Shown in pieces: positions 25,994 to 39,010 of a stretch of DNA of 64,000 nucleotides. A model generated the notes under the pieces. It was not told the origin of the DNA and did not search any database. It saw only the letters and a program-made list of their open reading frames with translations. Source of the stretch: Tubulanus polymorphus (lineage: Eukaryota > Animalia > Nemertea); assembly GCF_964204645.1 (NCBI RefSeq), contig NC_134029.1:2790001-2854000 (forward strand). The letters run 5' to 3'. Every line of letters begins with the position of its first letter. Position 1 is the stretch's first letter. The position numbers and the translations under genes are program-made.

Positions 25994-26407
25994 AATTACT
26001 CAAGTATTTCATCATTTTTCGATATATAATGTCAACGGATTTTTCCTGATGACTATCAATAAAACATTGTCGAACAGTCGTGCACTTTTAGGTTTCATTC
26101 TCTCGACCCAGTGATTGGTGTTCCTCGTATTGGGCAAATTGAATTAATCTACATACGTGCCAGTAGTATTTCTATTTTCTCCTACCCCGTTTCAGGTTGA
26201 AAAGTCCACCGAAACAAATCAAGAAAGGAAAGGAAATTATCTGATCGTCTTGCATTTATCTACATTGAGACAAGAAAAAAACAAATATGACATTTCTATA
26301 TCAATCAGAAGTTAACTGGTGCAGTGATAACGCTTTATCGCACACAAACACTGGGAATTTCATACTATCAGATACAATTATATAGTAACGCAAAGTTATA
26401 TTCTACT

Positions 26408-29400
26408 ATGGATGAAGCGATTGAGAGAACGATGGACCAGTTGTGGAAGGGTGGCAAAAAGTGGCATTTACTCATTTATCACCTTTGGGTGATACCTGCT
26501 AATATGGTGCTAGCTCTTTTCTCGATGTCAGTTGTATTTGCAGGTACGCAAGTTATTAAGTAACGTTCATTCTGAATCGTAAGTAGTAATGTTATAAGGA
26601 TTAGTTTCCGAATGATACATGAGATAGACCTTCGTGACATTGTAATGCGGGTTATGATATAAGATGGAGTTCTTGGCAAAATAAACTTAGGAACATATAA
26701 TGTTTTGGGTTCTACAAGACAGCTCAATCTGCAAGGTTTTATTACGCGACGTGACATTCAAAAATTCCATAAACCCCGAGTGAGTCTAACCACTTTTATA
26801 ATACCGATGTATGTGAAAGACAATAATTATTTCTGATAAACAGTAGTTTATGAAATGTGGTCAGTAATGTGAGAGGTGTCATAACGAGGTATTGAATATA
26901 TTTGCAGCTGGTGTACCGGATCACCACTGTACAGTGTCAGACAATTCATCGCTACCAAGAAAACAGAACGGGCAGCCAGAATCCTGTCTTATTTACAGTA
27001 ATCTAACACGCGATAATAAAACAGAGCAATGTTCAAACTGGACCTATCCTGATAAAGATTATGGAATAACAATCGTATCCGAGGTAATATGAAATCGATA
27101 AAAATCCTATCACTATCAACCTTATTCTCAGTTAGGTCAGTGATGTTTATGGATTGGATTAATTGTTGATTATTCTTTATTCTATTCAGTGGGATTTAGT
27201 TTGTGAACACAACATTCTCGGTGAACTGTCACAGTCCTTCTATGTAATGGGTGCTATAGTTGCTACGTTATTGGTAGCGCCACTTGCTGATAATTTTGGA
27301 AGGAAACTGGTCTACTTGATATTCAATGCTTTGCTACTTATATTTGGTGTCGCGACCGCCTACTCAGTGAACTACGCCATGTTTACAGTATTCAGAGTTT
27401 TAAGCGGTATATTTGGCTACGTAAGCTCTTCCCCTTCTTCTTGAAGTTGAATGCAGCCTTTGGTAGGAATCTCTTGCGTTACCGTGAAGGTTCAAACCAC
27501 AAAGAACAAACATGAGAACCTTTTACAATTGGTTAAATTTACTTAATCGACTCGTGTTTTAAATGGGAAAACTATATATTGAACACTATTTTGGTTGCAG
27601 GCTTGTTTTTTTGTTGCTATTGTCGCGGGTGTTGAACTGTTTCCAAAATATATGCGAACATTTGCCAGTCAGATAATGTTCGTATGGTGGAGTCTTGGAA
27701 TGATGTTACTTGATTTGATGGCGTATTTTATCAGGAATTGGCGTCACTTACAGCTCGCAGTGGCTCTTATGCCGTTCATAACCGTTATTGATATTTGGTT
27801 AGTTTCTATATCTAATCATAGATATTTATGTGCTTACCGTGCTCCGTATTTTTGGCTTACAAACTTTATGTGTTTATTAGATGAATTGTATCGTTGAAGG
27901 TTGATACCCGAATCTGTGCCGTGGCTGCTGTCGAAGGGAAAGGTGGAACAAGCTGAAGAAATCGTTAAAAAGGCGGCCGCTTTTAATCGAACGACACTTC
28001 CAGAACATCCATTTAAAGTAGATGCTGAAGTTAAAGATGAGAAGGAACTCGGTCGAATGACACTATTCCGTGAACCGATCCTTAGACGAAATACATTAAT
28101 ATTATGTGTTTTGTGGTAGGTTTAAGTTTTGACCTTTGTTCTTACTCACTTTCAATAGAAAAAGCAAAATGCCAACTTGCGACTACGTCCTTCTTTGAGA
28201 GGGTTCTAGTAACTAGCGTAGTTAATAATAATTTTCATCAATTACCCTCGGGTACTTTATTTCTTATACTTGACTTGTCACTTTTCTTTCAGGTTTGTGA
28301 ATTGCTTAGTTTACTACGGTTTATCACTATCTGCAGCTGAATTAGCCGGTGATCGATTTCTGAACTTTTTTCTGACGGCTTTAGTTGAAATACCCGCTAC
28401 TATTTGTTGTATGTGTGTTTTAGATAGGTAAGAGATAAATCAATTTCAGATAGATACATATTGAATTTAAGGGTTTTCTTATATCGATTTTACGTACTGG
28501 CATTACCAAACATCGTATTATGTATGCATGTACATTTATAGTAACTTCTATTCAAATCCATGTCTTTTTATTTATATACATTTCAGTCGAGCTGGGAGAC
28601 GCATATCGCTAATTGGTTTTCATGTATTAGCCGGTATTTCACTAATTCTACTCGTATTTATACCGTCTGTTACAGGTAAGTAGAACTTTCTCACCCAATG
28701 TCTCGAACTATCAACTTATTTTGCGAGGAAGTTGAAAAAAAACGACGCCTTCTAGAGCAGCCATGACGAGACAGCGGCGAGAATTCGACCTTATTGTCCT
28801 TCTTTGAGTTCATTTGAAATTTTTAACTTTTACTTCTGGTCTAATACAATCGTTGCGTATGTGTGTTATTTCAGCGAATGGAACAGATTTGACGCCTCTA
28901 GCTGTATTTATGACTTCGGTTGGTAAATTCAGTATCACGGCCTCCTATGATGTAGTCATTCAATATAGTTTAGAACTTTTTCCCACGTGTATCAGGTAAC
29001 TATATCAGTGATATGAAACAGATTGGATGTGTTATAAACTAGAAGGTGTCTTCATTCTAGTTTTTTATTAGTTCTTATAAGTCAGAATTTGAGATGTCCG
29101 ACTGGACTAGACAACTTAAGCAATTATAGACCCTTCACTCATTTCATTCAATTTAAGGAATACTGGGCTTGGAACAGCGTCGTTTACAGCTCCGGTCGCT
29201 GGTACATTGGCGCCATTCGCTGCCTATTTGGTAAGTTCATCATAAAGTGGAAATTCATCATTCGTTCTTGGTACAAATGATTTTAAATCACTAAAAGCTA
29301 ATGAATAACATTTCAGGCGCGTTTGGTACCGTGGGCTCCCGGAGTTATTTTCGGTATCATGTCCCTGCTCGTCGGAATGCTGGCTTTGCTGTTACCGGAA

Positions 29401-29553
29401 ACGAGAGGACGGCCATTACCGCATACTGTGGAGGATATGAAAGAGTGGCAACTACCGAATTTAACGTGTGGCTCATCTAACAGAAGAAAAAATAATGAAT
29501 CTGTGAATGTTAACAGCAATGAAGAAAATGAGCAAGTGACTACTTTACTTTGA
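26408..29553 (+). CDS. SLC22-family transporter, tandem copy 2
   Basis: Same 10-exon structure and motifs as copy 1; no stops or frameshifts noticed. Confidence 0.93.
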
Positions 29554-30302
29554 AAATAGTTTTGTATCTTGAGTATATTTTTTGGATTATTTTAGTACGA
29601 TATAGTTGTAATTTGAAGTTCTGGTGATCATCAATAAACTCAATGCGACGAAAGATTCAGTAATTTCTGTCAGTTTCACAGTTAAACGTCTAATTTATGT
29701 CTAATTAGACTCTGGGATCAGGTGTATGTGCTCTCTGTAGTTTGATTTGGCGAATTAGATTCTCATTGTGGATAAAACCATTCAGACTGATACCTTGTTT
29801 CTTGGTGTTTTGTAGAAATTCTGCACAGGCGAGCAGGATTTTATTGGTTTTTTGTTTCAACAATTCAATAAAAATGGTTTTGAATGAAAAAAGATCAAGC
29901 GACTTATTTACTTTGAACAGAGCCTAACTTGTTAATGTTTCGGTATATGGTATAATTTAAATGTTTTCTGATGACTATAAATAAGTGTTGTCCGACTGCC
30001 GCACTGTTTTGGGTTTCACTTCGGACGCAGTGGTTGGTGTTCTTCGCATTTGGCAAATGGAAATAACCTATTTTTTCTGTCCCATCTGCTACCCCAATCC
30101 AGGTTTGTAAAATCAAGAAAGGAAAGGCAATTATGTGATCGTATATCACCACTTTACATTGACCCATAAAATAAATATAACAATCTACATCAATCAGAAG
30201 TAAATCGGTGCAGTAATTTTGCTAACGCTGTATCGTACATACACAGAATTGCAGACACCAGATACAGTGAGAATTACGTGGCAAGTTTTTATTTATTCTA
30301 CT

Positions 30303-33300
30303 ATGGATGAAGCGATTGAGAGAACGATGGACCAGTTGTGGAAGGGTGGCAAAAAGTGGCATTTACTCATTTATCACCTTTGGGTTATACCTGCTAATAT
30401 GGTGCTAGCTCTTTTCTCGATGTCAGTTGTATTTGCAGGTACGCAAGTTATTAATTAATAATAACAACGTTCATTCTGAAATCATTAGTCGTGATATTTT
30501 CAGGATTAGTTTCTGAATGATACATGAGGTAGACTTTGAAATGTGAGTAATGATATAAGATGGACTTATAGGCAAAATGAAATTAGGAAAATATAATGTT
30601 TTGGGTTCCACAAGATTTTGACGGGCATCTTAAATGTGCAAAGTTTATATCTACCCGGCTTTATATCTACCCAAAATCATTCAAGAGCACCACCCTGAGT
30701 GAGTCTAACCACTTTTATAATACCGATGTATGCGAAGGGAATGATTATGAATTAATTCTGATAATGATAAACAGTAGTTTATGAAATGTGTTGAATAATG
30801 TGAGAGGTGTTAAAACGAGGTATTGAATATATTTGCAGCTGGTGTACCGGATCACCACTGTACAGTGTCAGACAATTCATCGCTACCAAGAAAACGGAAC
30901 GGGCAGCCAGAATCCTGTCTTATTTACAGTAATCTAACACACATAAATAAAACAGAGAAATGTTCAAACTGGACCTATCCTGATAGAGATTATGGAATAA
31001 CAATCGTATCCGAGGTAATATGAGATTTTGAAGGTATCCCCTTACTATAAGCCTTAACCATAGTAAGATCAGTAATGTTTCATCGATTGCAATATTATTG
31101 TCGAGCGTATTGTTTATTCTATTCAGTGGGATTTAGTTTGTGACCACAACCTTCTCGCTGAACTATCACAGTCATTCTACATAATGGGTGCAATAGTTGC
31201 TACGTTGTTAGTATCACCACTTGCTGATAACTACGGAAGGAAACGGGTCTACCTGATATTCAATGCCTTACTAGTTGTAACTGGTGTCGCGACTGCCTAC
31301 TCAGTGAACTACGCCATGTTTACAGTATTCAGAGTTTTAAGCGGTATATTTGGATACGTAAGCTATTTCATTCTCTAACACATCCCTCTTTTTCAAGGAA
31401 TTCTTCGCGATTTACCAACGTTCCTGTGCACAGGCATCGAATAGCCTTTATACGATTAATTCAATTATCGGGTTATTGAAGTCGTGTTTTAAATGTAAAC
31501 ATTTGTTTGATATGCGGCTACGTAAGCGGTTTCCCTTCTTTTTGAATTTTACTGCGGCCTTTGATGGGAATATCACGACAACGTGAAGGTTCAAACCAAA
31601 GGAAACATAAGAACTGTTTACAATTGTTAGCTGAATTTATTGTATTATTGCCAAATTAGTTTTTTGAATGAAAATGAATAATGTAATGATAACATTAGTT
31701 TGATTGCAGGCTTGTTTGTTTGTTGCTATTGTCGCCGGTGTTGAACTTTTTCCAAAACATTTGCGAACATTTGCCGGTCAGATAATGTTTGTATGGTGGA
31801 GTCTTGGAATGATGTTTCTCGATCTGTTGGCGTATTCTATCAGGAATTGGCGTCACTTACAGCTCGCAGTGGCTCTTATACCACTTACAACAGTTATTGA
31901 TATTTGGTTAGTTTTCCTATCTAAGCATAGATATGCATGTGGTTTATGTGCTACGTATTTTAGGTTTACACACTATATGTGTTCAGATGAATTGTATCGT
32001 TGAAGGTTGATACCCGAATCTGTGCCGTGGCTGTTGTCGAAGGGAAAGGTGGAACAAGCTGAAGAAATTGTTAAAAAGGCGGCCGCTTTTAATGGAACGA
32101 CACTTCCTGAACATCCATTTAAAGTAGAAGCTGAAGTTAAAGAAGAGAAGGAACTCGGTAGAAAGGCATTATTCCGTGAACCAATTCTTAGACGAATTAC
32201 GTTAATATTATGTGCTTTGTGGTACGTTTGACCATGGACCTCTGTTCCTACTGACCTAAAATAAAAAATAGAAAATGCCAAGGGTAGTTAGTCACTTACC
32301 CCTGTATCCTTCTTCGAGAGGGATCTAGTGATTAGCCAATTTTCATCAATTACCCTTAGATGGTTAATTTCTTGTGACTTGTCTATATTTGTCAGGTTTG
32401 TCAACAATCTGGTTTACTACGGTTTATCACTATCTGCAGCTGAATTAGCCGGTGATCGATTTCTGAACTTTTTCCTAATGGCTCTTGTAGAAATACCCGC
32501 TACTGTTTGTTGTATGTTGGTTTTAGAAAGGTACGAAATGAATCGATTTCAGATATATACACATCAAGATTAAGGGTTTTGAATATCATTTTCACGTATC
32601 ATAACACGGTGAAACATGGTATCATAGATACATGTAAATTCATAGTTATTTTTATTCAAATCCATGTTTTTCTATTTTGAATATTTCAGTCGAGCTGGGA
32701 GACGTATGTCGTTATCTAGTTTTCACGTTTTAGCCGGTATTTCACTGATTATACTCGTATTCATACCACCTGTTACGGGTAAGTAAAACTTTCTCTGCCA
32801 ACTTATCGAACTATCACAATATATAGCGACGATATAGATTGAAAAGATCGCCTTTTACCGCAGCCATCAACAGACAGCGGGTAGAATTCAGCCAACATGA
32901 GCTTCTTTGTGCTGGTTTGAAATTTTTGCATTTGAATTTCTGGTATAATGTAATGACGGTGTCTGTGTGTTATTTCAGCGAATGGAACAGATTTGACGCC
33001 TCTAGCTGTATTCATGACTTTGGTTGGTAAATTCAGTATCACGGCCTCCTATGATGTAGTCATCCAATATAGTTTAGAACTTTTTCCTACGTGTATCAGG
33101 TAACTATATCAGTGATATGAAACAGATTGGATGTGTTATGAACTTGTAAAAGTTTCATCAATTCAGCTTTAATTAGTTCTTATTGGTCAGAATTTGAGTT
33201 GTTCAAGTGGACTAGATAACTTATGAAATGAATGACACCTCACACATTTAAGGAATACTGGGCTTGGAACAGCGTCGTTTACAGCTCCGGTCGCTGGTTC

Positions 33301-33664
33301 TTTAGCGCCATTTGCTGCCTATTTGGTAAGTTCATCAACAGTAGAAACTTATCATTTATTTTAATACAAATGACTGTAAACCACTATTAACCACCTATAA
33401 ACCACTAAAAGTTGATAAATAATATTTCAGGCCCGTGTGGTACCGTGGGCTCCCGGAGTTATTTTCGGTATCATGTCCCTGCTCGTCGGAATTCTGGCTT
33501 TGCTGTTACCGGAAACGAGAGGACGGCCATTACCGCATTCTGTGGAGGATATGGAACAGTGGCAACTACCGAATTTAACGTGTGGTTCGTTGCACAAAAG
33601 AAAAAAGAATAAATCTATAAATGTTAGCAATGAAGAAAATAAGCAAGTGACTACTTTACTTTAA
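30303..33664 (+). CDS. SLC22-family transporter, tandem copy 3
   Basis: Same exon structure; exon 1 nearly identical to copy 2; ends VTTLL*. Confidence 0.93.
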
Positions 33665-34475
33665 ACTGAGTCTAATATTCTTCATGTTTCGACATATATT
33701 CTTTAAGACCATCCTGGATAAAAGACCACCAAGGATATGTTTCCTAGAAACGGTATCGTGTATTGAATAGTAGAAAAGAGCATAAATCTGTAAATGTCCA
33801 CTGGAATGGAGATAAGGAGCAACTTACCTTGACTACTTTACTTTGAAAATAGTTTAGTGCCTTGAGAATATTTGTTCGGGTAATCGTAATATCATAAAAA
33901 TTGTTATATGAAGTTGGTTCTGATGAAAAGCAATACAAACTTAATGTGACGGAATATTCTGTAATTTCTGCCAGTGTCCACGATTAAATGTTTAATTAGT
34001 GTCTAATTTGACTCTGGACTCAGGTGTGCTCCCTGGTAGTTTGGTATGGCGAGTGAGATTCTCATTGGTTAACTCTTTCGCCGGGGGACTATATATACTA
34101 TCTATTTAGTTGACGGAGTATTTCTTTTTTCTCTGACCCTTCACTTGTCCTGTTACATGATAAGTAAACATCGAGAAAGTAAAAAAATAATCATCGACTA
34201 TCAAACATGTATTGACTTTGATCCAATAAAAAAGGTTTTCAACCTACAAAAACTTTCACTACATTCATTTCGAATTTCTATAATAATCGTGTCCATGAAG
34301 TTGATTGTGTTGTATGTATATGTTCATGTATGTAGTATTGGAAATAAATGTCAATCATTCAGGTATGAATTCTAAGTGATTCCTCAGTCTGAATCAGTGA
34401 CTGCTCCTATTTGTTTATATCTTCAATATATTAGTACATATCAGTATATATTTTCAAATTGACGTTAGGTTGTGT
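33665..34475 (+). repeat. Intergenic block duplicated at about 37810-38628 (part of the SLC22 tandem unit)
   Basis: Long shared stretches such as taataatcgtgtccatga, cctcagtctgaatcagtgac and ttttcaaattgacgttagg. Confidence 0.85.
33750..33865 (+). pseudogene. Degenerate duplicate of the SLC22 terminal exon end, downstream of copy 3
   Basis: taaatctgtaaatgt...gagcaac...gactactttactttgaaaatagttt matches the last-exon end and stop context of copies 2 and 5. Confidence 0.7.
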
Positions 34476-34479
34476 AGAC

Positions 34480-34695
34480 TTTGAACAAGCTAGTAATGTA
34501 GTTGACACTTCTTCGGGTTAGGCTTATTCTGTTCTGGGGCCCGGCAGTTATGGTATTAAGTGAAGTCGGTGAGCTTCAAATCGCGTTTTTGATAAAGAAG
34601 TAGCGGTATTCTGGTTAACACAGTTTGATTGCAGGCTTGTTTGTCTAAAAAATCGACGAGCCTTTCTGGTTAGATAATGTGGGTATGGTGGATAT
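34480..34695 (+). pseudogene. SLC22 remnant: duplicated 5' leader lacking its ATG plus a decayed exon-4 fragment
   Basis: ggcttattctgttctggggcccggca matches the leaders at about 35031-35056 and 38985-39010; tttgattgcaggcttgtttg...ctggttagataatgtgggtatggtgga matches the exon-4 acceptor and its GQIMW.WW codons with deletions. Confidence 0.7.
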
Positions 34696-35056
34696 TATCT
34701 TTCTTTAGTAAACAAATGTATAGAAATGTTTTCGTTTCTGGGCTCATAGTTTCATTTTGCGTTTTTCTTAAGTCGGGGTCATATAAAAAATGATTATCAG
34801 CACCATATCAGTCACACTTAACCCAATCACTATATAAACCTGATTGTATTGTTTGTATGTATATAAGTAATAATGAAATTAGAATTCATTCAATCATTCA
34901 TTCATTTAGGCATGTGAATTAGTAGTGTAATTCGCCGAGTCATTTGACAGAGCTGTGTCGTTAAGACTTTCAAACTGAAGGTCACGCTGTGAGGCTTTCA
35001 ACAGGTAATGTTGTTACACTTCTCAAGTAAGGCTTATTCCGTTCTGGGGCCCGGCA

Positions 35057-37809
35057 ATGGATGAAGCGATTGAAAGGACACTAAGCCAACTGTGGACGGG
35101 CGGTAAAAAGTGGCATTTACTCACCTATCACTATTGGGTAATACCTGTTAATATCGTGATCGCACTTTTTACGATGTCTGCTGTCTTTACAGGTAAGTCA
35201 GATTTTTTTAAATAATGTGTCGTATTTGAGTTTACAAAATATGGGCTCGTATAAAATCTACTTCCCCCAAGAGAGCACCGGATGTCTTCAAGTAATGATC
35301 AAATGTGTTTGAAGCGTGGTAGAAATTTCATGTCTAATAACTCAATAGTTCAATCAACGCATTGCCAACATGATTTGTGAGTTATAACGAGGTATTGAAT
35401 ATATTTGCAGCTGGTGTACCGGATCACCATTGTACAGTGTCAGACAATTCATCGCTACCAAGAAAACAGAACGGGCAGCCAGAATCCTGTCTTATTTACA
35501 GTAATCTAACACACGATAATAAAACAGAGAAATGTTCAAACTGGACCTATCCTGATAGAGATTATGGAATAACAATCGTATCCGAGGTAAAACGTTTTCG
35601 ATCGCTCTCATCCGTAGTCAAATCAATAATCTTCAATTTCAAATTATCCTCAACTATGAAAATAAAAACTGCATTTTCCTTTGATTACAGTGGGGTTTGG
35701 TTTGTGACTATGACTACCTCGGTGATCTATCACAGTCATTCTATATAATAGGTTCAATAATTGCTACCGTATTAGTAACACCACTTGCTGATACTTTTGG
35801 AAGGAAACTGGTCTACTTGGTATTGAATGGTTTACTAGTTATATTTGGTATCGCGACTGCCTACTCAGTGAACTACATCATGTTTACTGTTTTCAGAGTT
35901 TTAAGCGGTATAGTTGGCTACGTAAGCTCTTTCACATTCTAAACATCTCTCTTTTTCAGGGAATATTTCTCGATTCGAACCGAATAGCAGGTTTTTGAAT
36001 TATTGAGAATTGTTAATTCGTGTTGCAGTTTAACGGTAAACTTAATTTGATTGCAGGCTTGTTTGTTGATCGCTGTTGTTGCAACTGTTGAACTTTTTCC
36101 AAAAAAACTACGAGCTTTCGCTGGTCAGATAATGTGGGCATGGTGGAGCATTGGAATGATGGTAGTTGATTTAATGGCGTATTTTATCAGGAATTGGCGT
36201 CACTTACAGCTAGCAGTGGCTCTCATGCCAATCATAACAATTATGGATATTTGGTTGGTTGACATCAATATATTCTCTGCGGCATGAATTCTGAGCATAC
36301 ATCTATGAATGTATCGTTAAAGGTTGATACCTGAATCTGTGCCGTGGCTGTTGTCGAAGGGAAAGGTGGAACAAGCTGAAGAAATCGTTAAAAAGGCGGC
36401 CGCTTTCAATGGAACGACACTTCCAGAACATCCATTTAAAGTAGAAGCTGAAGTTAAGGAAGAAAAAGAACTCGGTCGAATGACATTATTCCGTGTTCCA
36501 ATTCTTAGAAAAATTACGTTGATCTTATCTATTTTATGGTATGTTTAAACAGGGACATCTAATTTCTACTTCTAATGGCATTGCCAAACTTATTATTAGT
36601 TATTTTCATCCTTTCATTGACTTCAGACTTTTTCTGTCCCAGTGACTTTTGACAGCTTTTCTCTCTTTTTGTCAGGTTTGTCAACAATCTAGTTTACTAC
36701 GGTTTATCACTATCTGCAGCTGTATTAGCTGGTGATCGATTTCTGAACTTTTTCCTTACGGCATTAGTTGAAATACCTGCTACTATTTGTGCTATGTTTC
36801 TAATGGAAAGGTTAGGATATAGATCAGTTTTTGATATGGCATTAGTCTATCATTTATATGGGTACATTCCTGATTATTTGTATTCAAATCCATGTTTTTC
36901 TATGTTGAATATTTCAGTCGAGCTGGGAGACGTATAACGTTAATTGGTTTTCATGTATTTGCCGGTATTTCACTTATTCTACTCGTATTCATACCGCCTG
37001 TTACGGGTAAGTTATGTTTTTAGCTAATTTCTTGATGATTGAGAGGAAAGCCCGTCCTATATTAGAACAGTAGCCATAAGATGGCTGGAATGCAGCCAAC
37101 ACATTGATCTTTTTCTGTTCATTTGAAATCATTTGTCTCTTATACTTATGTTGCTAGAGTATTATTTATCTATTATTTCAGAGAGTGGAATAGATTTGAC
37201 TCCTTTAGCTGTATTTTTCACCTTAGTTGGTAAATTTAGTATCACGGCTTCCTACGATGTAGTCGCTCAGTATACTTTAGAGTTGTATCCTACATGCCTC
37301 AGGTAAATAGGTAGCCTGTTCTGGAACTTGAACGAGCTCCAGTGCACTATAGACATCTTAAAGAATGGCAAAGTTTCATTAGTTGGATTCAATATTCAAC
37401 TTTCTTTAATTTAAAAGGAATACTGGGCTTGGAACAGCATCGTTTACAGCTCCGGTCGCTGGTACATTGGCGCCGTTCACCGCTTATCTGGTAAGCTCCA
37501 TCTGATATCTATTATTTCTTTTTGCTTGACTGTATCCAATGAACTACTAAAAGTTAATAAATGATATTTCAGGCGCGTTTAGTACCGTGGGCTCCAGGAG
37601 TTATTTTCGGTACAATGTCACTGTTCGTCGGAATACTGGCTTTGCTGTTACCGGAAACGAGAGGCCGGCCATTACCGCATTCTGTGAAGGATATGGAAAA
37701 GTGGCAACTACCGAATTTAACGTGTGGTTCATTGCACAGAAGAAAAAAGAATAAATCCATAAATGTTAACAGCAATGAAGGAAATGAGCAAGCGACTACT
37801 TTACTTTAA
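35057..37809 (+). CDS. SLC22-family transporter, tandem copy 4
   Basis: Same exon structure and motifs; ends ATTLL*. Confidence 0.93.
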
Positions 37810-37879
37810 ACTGAGTCTAATATTCTTCATGTTTCGACATATTCTTAAAGACCATCCGAGGATATGTTTCCTAGAAACG

Positions 37880-38110
37880 GAGGCAACCTACGAGTTTAAC
37901 GTGTCGTTCATTGAATATAAGAAGAGAGGTCCTGATGATTGTCATGCATTATACGTATAAACTTCGTAACAATTATGTATTTATATTTGTACCATAATAG
38001 TCATCAAATCAAAAATAAATCAAATCGAATACATTTGTAAATGTCCACTGAAATGGAGATAAGGAGCAACTGGCTACTTAACTTTGAAAATAGTTTAGTG
38101 CCTTGAGTAT
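37880..38110 (+). pseudogene. Degenerate SLC22 terminal-exon remnant downstream of copy 4, interrupted by about 100 bp
   Basis: ggcaacctacgagtttaacgtgtcgttcattg and aatgtccactgaaatggagataaggagcaactggctacttaactttgaaaatagttt resemble the last exon. Confidence 0.65.
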
Positions 38111-39010
38111 ATTTCTTTGGGTTACTTTAATATCATAAAAGTTGTTATATGAAGTAAGTTCTGGTGAATATCAATACAAACTTAATGTGACGGAAGATTC
38201 TGTAATTTCTGCCAGTGTCCACGATCAAATGTTTAATTTGTGTCTAATTTGACTCTAGAATACTCTTTGGTATGGCGAGTGAGATTGTCTTAACAGAGTA
38301 TATCTTTTTTTCTCTGACCCTTCACTTGCCCAATTACAGGATGAAAAGCAAATCGAGAGAGGAAAAATAATTTCGACTGTCAAACATATATACACTTTGA
38401 TCCAATAAAACAAAGTTTTTAACCTTCAAAAGCTTTCACTACATTCATTTAGAATTTTTATAATAATCGTGTCCATGATTGTGTTGTATGTGTATTTTCA
38501 TTTTGTAAGAGGTAATGGAAATAAAATGCATTCATTCAGGCATGAATTCTGAGTAATTCCTCAGTCTGAATCAGTGACAGCTCTGAATTGTTTATACCAT
38601 ATATATTTTCAAATTGACGTTAGGCTGTGTATTATATTCTGATTTGGGGCCGGGCACTTGTGGTATGTAGGTGAAGCCGGTGTAGATCACGTGCCAGTGT
38701 CTATCCCTCCCTCTACCTACATTTTTTCACGGATAGAAAGCGGTTCTACGTGGTATATATGGGAGACTTGGAATCATACTGCCGCCCTCATTTGGATATT
38801 CTAGACCGGTAACCAGTCTATGTGACCTAGGTTTCTAACATAAACATGGACATAATTCATTCTAATGAATGCACATATACATTTGAATGCACATAAACAT
38901 TTTAAGAAATTCAGCCATTCATTTGACAGCACGTGTTGTAGTGGCCTAGACAAGGTAGTAATGTAGGTAACACTTCTTAAGATAGGCTTATTCCGTTCTG
39001 GGGCCCGGCA

